The notes beneath the pieces are model-generated. The model saw only the letters and a program-made list of their open reading frames with translations. It did no database searches and had not been told where the DNA came from. DNA of 64,000 nucleotides from Chrysochromulina tobinii (taxonomy: Eukaryota): positions 1-64,000 of the forward strand of contig JWZX01003313.1 of the NCBI GenBank assembly GCA_001275005.1. The letters are read 5' to 3'. The translations under genes and the position numbers were made by a program. How positions within the stretch are numbered: the stretch's first letter is position 1; every line of letters begins with the position of its first letter. Below are positions 55,441-64,000 of this stretch, piece after piece.

Positions 55441-57288
55441 ATGCTTCGCAACAGGGTGCTACTGCTTATGCTGGCCTTGTACACGATCATCGCTCTTGCC
55501 ATGAATTTCGACCGCGCATTGCCGCTTGCGGTCCTTGAGCTGCTCGCGCTGGCCCTCGTGGCTGGCGGAGCGCTCTTGAAACGCGCCTCCTCCTCCTCCT
55601 CACCACTCGCGCGGGCTATACTCAACGGTGACGAGAGGGACCGTACCCTTCGCAACGCCGCCTCACGCCGACCTCGTGCCCTCGCCGCACTCGCGGTCGC
55701 ATGCCACCTCTGCGTCATCGCTGCCCTCAGCGGCTTCGCTGCCGAGCGCTGGTGGCCCGTCTTGGGCATGGCGCTGATCGTGCTCGGCTGCTACGCGGGT
55801 TCCAAAGACCGCGGCGCGATACGCTGGCGCCCGGTTGCCGCCGGCCTCGCGCTTCAATTCTGGCTCAGTGTGCTGCTTCTGCGCACCTCTTTTGGCCTCG
55901 CGGCCGTTCGATGGACCGCCTCACAAGTGAGTGCGCTACTCGGCTTCGCAGGCATCGGCGCCGCCTTCGTGCTGTGCGGCTCATCCACCGGCTTCGTAGG
56001 CTGTGCGATGCCCCTCTCCTCCTTCTGGGCCTTCATAGTGCTCTCGGTCACCATCTTCTTTGCGTCTCTGTGCTCAGTCCTTCTCCATGTGGGCGTGCTG
56101 CAGGTCGTCTTTGGACGGCTGGGTGGCGCGCTGAGCGCGTTGCTGGGCGTCTCGCGCGCCGAGGCCATCTGTGCCGTGGCCAACATCTTTCTCGGGCAGA
56201 CGGAGGCGCCCTTGCTCGTCCGCCCGATCCTCGGCCGCCTGAATGACTCGCAGCTGCACTGTGTGATGGCGGGCGGCTTTGCCTCGGTGGCTGGCTCAAC
56301 GCTCGGCGCATACATCCTTATGGGCGCACCTGCGACGCACCTGCTCGCGGCGTCGGTCACGTCGGCGCCCGCCTCGCTCGCGATCGCCAAGATGCTTCAC
56401 CCTGACAAGCCGCGAGGAGCGCGTCGCTCACCCAGAGCCGACGGGTGGAGTCTTCACGGCAGCGCGAAAGCGACGGAGCTCGCTGAGGTCAAAGTGGGCA
56501 GCGCGCCTCTCGGTGAGGAGACGGACGCGGGCAGCAGCGTCAGCAGCAGCGCGCACGCTTCCTCTTCCCGTGAGATCTCTTCTCGTGAGTTCTCTTCTCG
56601 TGAGATCGACGTGGGTGCCATTCGCACCGTCACCGGTCTGGCGAGGCGCGGCGACCTGAACGGCAAGAAGGTTCGCGTGGTAGGGTACGATGCGACCACG
56701 GGCCTCTGGCACGTCATGGTCGATGTGGAAGGCACCAAAATCGCGCTGCGGCCTGAGAACCTCTACGACCACGGCCCGGGGCTGCTCAGCGGCGGGAACC
56801 GGCCGCCGTCTTCGCCCTCGCTGCCGCCTTCGCCGCCCTCGCCTCCCTCGCTGCCAGGCGAGGGAGCAGCGGCCGAACCGGCCGAACAGGCTGGGCCGGC
56901 TGTGAAGGAGGCTGTGAAGACCGAACAGGCTGGGCCGGCTGAGCCGGCTGCGTCGGCTGAGCCAGCTGCCTCGGATGAGGATCTTCACAGCCTCCTTCGC
57001 CGCAACGGCCTCGAGAAGCTCATCAGCATCTTCGTCGAGAATGGCATCGAGACCGTTCAGGATGTGCGCCTACTCACCGAGAACGACCTCAAAGAACTTA
57101 GAGTCCCTATCGGGCTCCGTCGCAAACTCCTCGGGGCGGCCGAGGCAGCCGGGCCGGCCGAGGCGGTCGAGGCGGCCGAGGCGGAGGTTGGCAAGGCCGT
57201 CACGTCGCAAAGCCTCCTCAAGTTCTCGATCACCGTGCCAGACGCCCCCCTGAGCGCCCTATTCGCGGCGGCTTCCTCTGCGGCGGCT

Positions 57289-57338
<50 letters not shown>

Positions 57339-57517
57339 ATCGACCTTGCGAGCGCGCTCGAGTCACGCCCACCCACAAGCCCCTGAGACGGTTACGGCCC
57401 CGGCTTCGGGCCGCGATGAAAAGGACGACCTCGAGGATGCGTGGTCGCCTGTGCGGACTCGCACGGCTGCCGGGTCTGAAGCGCCCGAAGTTGTGGAACT
57501 TGCGGACGACGGCGGTA

Positions 57518-57554
<37 letters not shown>

Positions 57555-58221
57555 AGGCGGCGGAGGCGGCGGAGGCGACGACGACGACGACGAGTTCGAT
57601 GACGTGGTCGAGCTGCCCGCTGCCGAGACGGACAATGTGGTGCAAGCGGCGGCCGAGGGCGCCATCAACGCAGTACCGCTCGTCGCTTGCATTGCGGCCA
57701 CGCTGATCGCCTTTTTGGCTCTCGTCGCCATGCTCGATACGCTCGCTGGCTTCCTCTTCTCGCTCGTTGGCATCGAGGGGGTCTCTTTCACACGCGCCCT
57801 CGGATGGCTCGGCTTTCCGATCGCGCGGCTCATGGGCGTACCAACGGCGGACTGCGCCTTCGTCGGCCAGCTCATCGGTATCAAGACGGCCACCAACGAG
57901 TTCGTCGCATTTGCGCGTCTCTCGGACGCCATCCGAGACGGCAGCGTGAGCCCACGCGCTGTAGTGATCGCAAGCTATGCTTTGTGCGGTTTCGCTAATG
58001 TGGGCTCGATGGGCATCATGGTCGGCGGCCTCTCGACCTTAGCGCCGCACAAGCGCGACGTCCTCTCACGGGAAGTGCCGCGCGCGCTTGTGGCGGGCAC
58101 GCTCGCCGCTTTTGCGACCGCGTGCGTGGCCGCGGCCATCTACAGCGAGGACGACGTGAGCGTTGGTCTCCCGTCTCGCACGCACCCCGTTGGTTCAAAC
58201 AGCACAGATGGCCTGGGTTGA
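55441..58221 (+). CDS. CNT: Concentrative nucleoside transporter (SLC28/NupC) with large loop insertion
   Basis: IRWRPV..GLALQF, ANIFLGQTEAPLLVRP, MAGGFASVAGS, KTATNEFVAF, YALCGFANVGS.GI..GG. Confidence 0.92.
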
Positions 58222-58572
58222 TAATTGACGCCGCGGCCATTGGATATTGCGATTCGTGAGGGCAGCACACACCTGTTTCACGGCGATCGTCGTACGTTTG
58301 CGTTTCATTTGCGTCGCGGTAGGGGTAGCCCGCGCGCCGGGCGTACGTGCCAAACGTGCGCCAGCCGGCCGCCTGGGGTGCATAAAACGAGGATCCTCCT
58401 GGCAGGGTGCATCAAACATGAATGAAAACCTATTTTGTTTGTATTCTCGAGCCTGAGCATAATCCGAAGTCCACGCCGTGCTGGGAAAATTCATGGGAAA
58501 ATTATATCATTGTTTACGGAGGTTTGCCAAAAATGCATCCGCGCCACCGGTCCACCGCGCGCGTGGAACACA

Positions 58573-59340
58573 TTATTGTGCCAGGCTGCGCGTGTCACCC
58601 TTCGTTTGACACGCACGGCGTGAGGCTAAATGGACAGCACTTATGTTGAGCGTTGCAGGCGCAAATAAAGCGACCGTGGTGTACCCACGGCGCCGCCGGC
58701 AATGATTGTTACATGGCGACGTGCCGGTTTCGAATGGCTTGCGTTCATCATAGTAGATGTTTTGCCAGGAATCTGCGAAGCGTTTTAGGGACAGCCAGCA
58801 GAGATGTTCTGCCATATAACCCTCGTCCGAGAAGCCCATGGCGAGCTTGGCTCCACGTGGCACGGCACCTCGAAGCTGCTGCATCCGGAGCCAAGCCAGG
58901 AACCAGACGTTGAGGTAGTGCTGGATCCATGTGAAGTATAGATCAGCAGCAGGCATCGGGTCAAGCGTCGATGAGAATGCTGCGCAGATGGACCGGAACC
59001 GCCCTTGGCTCGCTGTTGCACGTTGCGCGAGGGTCGGACAGTAGGAATGATCACGTTCAATCGTCACTGCTGAAGATGTGACATGGCTCACACAATCGAT
59101 TAGGTCGCCATGTCTTGAGCCAATCTCAACAAAGGATCTACCGGCAGCCAGGCGAGCGACGTGGTCCATGACTGCAAACGATGCTCGCACGGGCGGTATG
59201 TCGTGGGTGCCGTTCGGACCGAGTAGCAGTGCACATGAAATGTTGGCGCGCATCTCCATGCAACTTACCGGTAAAAAAGTTTGCCTCGCCGCGCCGCGTG
59301 CACCGCTCACGGGGGAGCCCGGCGCGCGCTCACAGAACAC
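58573..59340 (-). CDS. Putative class I SAM-dependent methyltransferase-fold protein (start uncertain)
   Basis: SFVEIGSRHGD motif I-like, VTIE, ADLYFTW. Confidence 0.5.
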   Translation of the reverse strand: MFCERAPGSPVSGARGAARQTFLPVSCMEMRANISCALLLGPNGTHDIPPVRASFAVMDHVARLAAGRSFVEIGSRHGDLIDCVSHVTSSAVTIERDHSYCPTLAQRATASQGRFRSICAAFSSTLDPMPAADLYFTWIQHYLNVWFLAWLRMQQLRGAVPRGAKLAMGFSDEGYMAEHLCWLSLKRFADSWQNIYYDERKPFETGTSPCNNHCRRRRGYTTVALFAPATLNISAVHLASRRACQTKGDTRSLAQ

Positions 59341-59560
59341 ATCAAACGCGACGGTTCACGCCTCGCGTTCGGTGTGGCGCGCTCTGTCTGTGAATACAGG
59401 CGCTCTCGTTGGGTACAGTGCACTGTAAGTTATCGCGGCTTCATTCACAGTGAATATTCACCGCAACAGATTTGTAATATTTATATTCTCCTCCCCTGGT
59501 CTGACTGAATATACTGCACTCACTGGCCTGTCGCGACCTCGTACCGGCCGCTCTTATCAC

Positions 59561-60421
59561 TTATGACGCGGGCGGGCCGCTCGCCGGCAAAATCTTCCGG
59601 AGCGTCCAAAAGCACGTCTCACCGGCCGGCATCGCGTCGAGGACCTCAAGGCCGGCCACCTGAAACAGGTACCGATGGTGAGCGTCGGGCCGCGTGATGT
59701 TATAGCGCCTCTTCGGCCCGGAGGGCGTGCTCATGCGAAAGAGGCGTGGATCGGGGCCTGCATGGAATGGTCGGTTCTCCTTGACGAGCATCACGCCATG
59801 CGGGGCGCGCAGCACTTGCGCGAGCGTGCACAGGCTTTTGATTGCGTCCGCGTCGGTCAGGTACTGCAGACACCACTGCACCCAGACCAGGTCGACCGTG
59901 CCACCCGCACTGTCGTCGGTGAGGCCAAGGTCACCAATCGTGAGCTCCTCCAGCCTCGCCTGCACGAAGCGACATCGTTCGGCGGCGGCACCAACGTATG
60001 TCTGCGAGAGTGCAGACCAGCACGGATCTGCCTCTACAAGGACGACGTCGCGACACCGTGGAAGGAGAACGTGCTTGGTCACACGGCCGGCCCCAGCCCC
60101 TGCGTCGACCGCCAAACCGAGGCTCGGCAGGCTAAGCCTTGCATGCATGTCATCAAGGTACTTGACGGACTCAAGCACGTCCGCGGCGCTTCCCTCGTCG
60201 CCAATCATGGCGCTCTCCGTCGAGCATCCACCGTAGCCGCCGTCCGCCCACCAAATCTCATTTGCCAGCTTGTACTGGGCTCGCTCGGCTGTCTGGACAG
60301 AGTGGAGCTCTGCGAGATTGCTGTAAAAGCGTCCTGAATCATCCATGCCACATATGGTGTCTGAACTTCGAAGCGCCGCACGTAGACGCAAGGCCGCGGC
60401 TTTGCCGCTCAGGGTTCTCAT
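59561..60421 (-). CDS. NTM1: Alpha-N-terminal protein methyltransferase-like (NTM1/Tae1)
   Basis: AVDAGAGAGRVTKHVLLP, DLVWVQWCLQYLTDAD, VKEN. Confidence 0.82.
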   Translation of the reverse strand: MRTLSGKAAALRLRAALRSSDTICGMDDSGRFYSNLAELHSVQTAERAQYKLANEIWWADGGYGGCSTESAMIGDEGSAADVLESVKYLDDMHARLSLPSLGLAVDAGAGAGRVTKHVLLPRCRDVVLVEADPCWSALSQTYVGAAAERCRFVQARLEELTIGDLGLTDDSAGGTVDLVWVQWCLQYLTDADAIKSLCTLAQVLRAPHGVMLVKENRPFHAGPDPRLFRMSTPSGPKRRYNITRPDAHHRYLFQVAGLEVLDAMPAGETCFWTLRKILPASGPPAS

Positions 60422-60675
60422 CAAGAGGGAGGCCGGCTCGCATGTCATTTCGTCACGAACACTGTTCGCGAACCTCGTACAGTAAAGCTGTGTGAACAGC
60501 TTGGTCGTACTTGTACAGGTCCTACAAACCGCATTCTCATGCATTCTTTGGTAGTTCTGATTCAACTTGTTCTTATTGAGAATTTCGGACAATTTTGCGT
60601 CTTTCGCGAGTCGCCGCGAAAAGAGGGCCGAGGGCGTCACGGAGGGCTCGAGGGGGACTAATAACATTGGACATC

Positions 60676-61854
60676 ATGGACCAAATTGCCCATGCACAAG
60701 TCATCGCCCTGCGCGCACTTGTCCAAGACGTTTTGCTACCGGCTCACAATGACTTCGATGCTGATGAGTCAGAGCGGCTTCAACGAGAGATGCACGACGA
60801 GGAGGTGCGAGACAACAAACCCCAAAAGGATGCGGTGGGCGGCGCACGAACTCCTACCGTCGCTCTCGGCATGGCGCGCAAGGCGGAGCAGCACCGCCGC
60901 GTGCTGCGTGCATTGCTGAGGGCCTTTGACATGGATTGCGGCCTGCTCGACTCGCTGCCGGCCGTCGGCGACAAGAACTGGCTCGAGATCGTGAGCGAGC
61001 GGCTGTGCACCGTGGTGCCGGCCGCAGCGTGGCGGCTCTACTGCGAGGTGGAGCCCACGGAGCTCGAGGGCGCAACGCTGCTTGCGCTCGTTGGAGCCCG
61101 CGGCGGCCAGCCTGCCGAGGCTCCGCAGCCACGCGTGTGGCAGCGCCACCGCGACAGGGGCATGCTGCCCATGACGGCATCCTTTCTCGCGCGGCTGGTC
61201 GTCCGGCCGCTCAACCACGTCGCGTCGTTTGCGATCCCAAACGACGCGGCGCTCGAGGCGATAGCGAGCGTCGCACCGCTCATCGAGTGCGGTGCGGGCA
61301 CAGGCTACTGGTCCGCGCTGCTACAAAGCCGCGGCGTCGACTGCCTCGCGTACGACTCGCAGCCGCCGACACCGTCCTTCAACAACGGATTCTTCGATGC
61401 GACATACACCGAGGTGAAGCAGGGCGATGGCGGCGAGCTGTTCGCGGCCAGGGCGGAGCTCGCGCAGCGCACGCTCCTACTCGTGTGGCCCAATAACCCC
61501 GACCCAGTCGATAACCCGCACCTGCTCCGGCCGGGCGAAAGCCAGCTACAGCCGCTTTGGGATGCGCGCTCGCTCGGTGCGTTCATCGCCGCGGGCGGCG
61601 CGACGGTGGTGTACGTGGGCGAGCGCGAGTCAGAGCTGCGCCTCACCGCAGGCTCGCCGCCCGAGAGTGGCTCCTCGTCGAGTCGCGCCTTCCAACAGCT
61701 CCTCGCGGCCCATTTCGAGCTCGTACGCACCGTCAAGACGCCCACATGGCCCTTCAATGCCGACGACTGTACCATCTGGGAGCGCCGCGGTGGGCGCGGG
61801 CGTCACGCGCCCGCCGCTGGGTTTGTCGTACCCGCGCCCGTCGATTGCACGTGA
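60676..61854 (+). CDS. Uncharacterised SAM-dependent methyltransferase-fold protein
   Basis: FAIPNDAAL..IECGAGTGYWSALL..RGVD..AYD; RTLLLVWP; VVYVGE. Confidence 0.75.
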   Translation: MDQIAHAQVIALRALVQDVLLPAHNDFDADESERLQREMHDEEVRDNKPQKDAVGGARTPTVALGMARKAEQHRRVLRALLRAFDMDCGLLDSLPAVGDKNWLEIVSERLCTVVPAAAWRLYCEVEPTELEGATLLALVGARGGQPAEAPQPRVWQRHRDRGMLPMTASFLARLVVRPLNHVASFAIPNDAALEAIASVAPLIECGAGTGYWSALLQSRGVDCLAYDSQPPTPSFNNGFFDATYTEVKQGDGGELFAARAELAQRTLLLVWPNNPDPVDNPHLLRPGESQLQPLWDARSLGAFIAAGGATVVYVGERESELRLTAGSPPESGSSSSRAFQQLLAAHFELVRTVKTPTWPFNADDCTIWERRGGRGRHAPAAGFVVPAPVDCT

Positions 61855-62134
61855 CGACGTACACGACGCCGTCTCGGCCAGTCTCGTGCGTTTACAACCG
61901 TCTCGTCGCGACGCGCACAAGCCAAGGTCGCACGGCACCGCACCGCACCGGGGGCCCGGCCGCGACGGTCCCCAATTTTGACGGTCCCATTTTCTCGTCG
62001 CGAATCTGACTCGACATCTCTCGAAATTACGCAAACGGAACCGGGGGCGGGGTGAGACGCGACAGATAAGAGGCCCCAACACACCCATGCAACACAAATC
62101 CAACTTACTGTCTGCACGTGGTCCTTAGTCTCTA

Positions 62135-62620
62135 ACAAAAGGCCATAACCGATGACGACTTTTGCGAGGCGTCGAGCTGGGAGACGAGGCCCTGCGCCAG
62201 CGACGCGGCGCGTTCGAGGATGATCTCAATCGGGCGATCGCCCAAGACAAGCGTGGCGCCCACGCGCTCGGCTGCGCGCCGCGCAGCACGAAAGTCGGCA
62301 CCCGGTGTCACGCACCTGCCGGCGCCACAGCAGTTGCACGAGCAAGGAAGACTCGCAATAGCAGCGTGTGCCCAGCTGCCGAGCTTGGCGATGCTCCTCT
62401 GTGCACTGTTTGCAGCAAGCCACCCTCTCCCGACAGCGAGAAGGTGTTTTGAGCGCGGATGCCGTCACCGTCGGCCTCATCAGAGTTCAGAAGCGCCGGA
62501 CGTGACTGACAGAGCTCAACGACGACCGCGTCCGGCCTCAGATGCTCAATTGCTACCTCGACTACTTGTGCAGACAGCTCTGATTGATGCGATGCACCAA
62601 GGAGTAAATGTTTTCGCCGG
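62135..62620 (-). pseudogene. TraB/PrgY-family fragment, frameshifted and truncated
   Basis: LLGASH..S...V...I....PDAVVVELC.SR in one frame, then GADFRAA..LVLGDRPIEIILER in another after ~62312; no C-terminal half. Confidence 0.65.
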
Positions 62621-62790
62621 GGAGGCAGCCAGCGTCGAGCACACGCAGAGAGGCGGAAGCATTTTTCGAGCACTCGAGGCGGAAGATATTTGTGCTCGGT
62701 TTTTGTACCTAGCACCGTGGAACCCACCAAATCAAGACAGTGGTTCAGAGTTCCTGTCGTTCGGCACACAAATCCTCGTTCGAATCCCGA

Positions 62791-63138
62791 ATGGCGGCCC
62801 CCTGGGAACCACACGAAGACGAACGGCTGCGTCGAGCGATTGACCTATACCGTGACCAACGTGGACGACCAATGTGGGGCCCCATTAGCGCCGAGGTTCC
62901 GGGGCGATCGTACGCCATGTGCCGCAACCGTTGGGCACGAATCATGGCAGCGCCTGAACCAACGCTCATAGACGAATGTGGACGTCCTCCTAATAAGTGT
63001 ACTGCATGTGGCCAGATAAAAAAGGGGCACACCTGCACAGCCACAAGGGAGTTGGATCTGGCACGAGTCAAGGAGGAGGGGGAAGTATCCTGGCCCTTGG
63101 AAGAACTCATCGCCGTGTTCAACGAACAAATTGTATAG
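62791..63138 (+). CDS. Small Myb/SANT-domain protein with CxxCGQxKxGHxC zinc knuckle
   Basis: WEPHEDERL..WGPISAEVPGRSYAMCRNRW; KCTACGQIKKGHTC. Confidence 0.75.
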   Translation: MAAPWEPHEDERLRRAIDLYRDQRGRPMWGPISAEVPGRSYAMCRNRWARIMAAPEPTLIDECGRPPNKCTACGQIKKGHTCTATRELDLARVKEEGEVSWPLEELIAVFNEQIV

Positions 63139-63186
63139 GTGAGTACGGTAGAAGACATTGTAAAAATAGCTTTTGAATCTCAACCT

Positions 63187-64000
63187 TCAAAAGCTCGTGG
63201 CCTCATAGTGATTCCAAGCGGCCTGTAGGCGCTCGCGTAACCGTTGCTTCCCGGGTGCGTCGAGGAAGCACGCCTCGACGGCGTCGGCGGCGAGCAGGCG
63301 CAGTGCGGGCGCGCCGAGCCCCATGCCGGTGGCCACGAGCTCACACTCATCCGTGAGCGAGCTGCCGAAGACGGCGGGGTCGTCCGAGTTGACCGTCACC
63401 CGTGGCAGCGCGGCGGCGGACGCGGCGTCGCCACTTGCCTCGGCGACCATGCGTAAACGGTAGAGTTGAGCCAGAGGATGCTCTGACCACGTGGCGCCAG
63501 TCCAGCCGCGCGTGCTGCGCGACGAGGTCGGGCAGCACTCGAAGGTGAGAGGCGCCTTCAGTCCGAGCGAGTCGAACGCCGCCGCCACCTCCGCCGGCCT
63601 CGGAGGTGCACCGTCTGCCGCGGACGCGGACGCCATCTCGAGCGCAGCGGCCACTGCAGCGTACCTGATGAGAGATGCAATCCATGGCAATCAGTGGCAA
63701 TCAGCGGACCCGTGGCCGATGCGGGTAGCTCTCTGATGAGAGATGCAATCCGTGGCAATCCGTGGCGATCAGCGGACCCGTGGCCGATGCGGGTGGCTCG
63801 GCCGTACGCATCGCTGACGGCGGCGCTGACGTTGGCGGCGATGCCCGTCTCGCCCGCATGGTTCGTGATGCCGAGGCCCATCTCGCGGCACTTCCGAAGC
63901 GCCTGGCGGTGCTTGGCGCTGTTCTCGCTCTGAGAAGCGCCGGTTTCACACCAGACTCCATTCACAGTAGTAGAAGCCGCAGGCACAAAATGGTCCTCGC
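63187..64000 (-). CDS. ADA: Adenosine/adenine deaminase family, 3' part (5' end beyond the window); intron 63665-63777
   Basis: HAGE, RIGHG-Y, ECCPTSS, HP, VTVNSDDPAVFG motifs. Confidence 0.85.

Overview
Gene-dense, GC-rich eukaryotic nuclear DNA with short GT-AG introns, most consistent with a haptophyte alga (Chrysochromulina-like). That assignment is inferred from intron style, plastid-type presequences and haptophyte-type AP2 repeats; no search was run. About 30 protein genes can be supported. They include a FIGNL1-like AAA ATPase, a double-FAS1 protein, G-protein beta, EMC7, MOG1, an SLC35A transporter, an IQ/PDZ protein, a PAN-domain protein, DUF1499, a GT31/Fringe-like glycosyltransferase, ankyrin, MFS, EF-hand, NCX, CNT, four methyltransferase-fold genes, a Myb gene, a broken TraB fragment and a partial adenosine deaminase. 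Four observations stand out. (1) Several introns are built from copies of their own exon junction plus short tandem repeats, which looks like intron birth by local templated duplication. (2) Three large ORFs splice into one ~3,000-aa protein carrying a string of chromatin-reader and DNA-binding domains. (3) A voltage-sensor/adenylyl-cyclase fusion lacks both catalytic aspartates. (4) A concentrative nucleoside transporter has ~410 aa, including SH3-like and SAM domains, inserted in a loop. I saw no rRNA, tRNA, CRISPR array or transposase. All domain calls are by-eye motif recognition.
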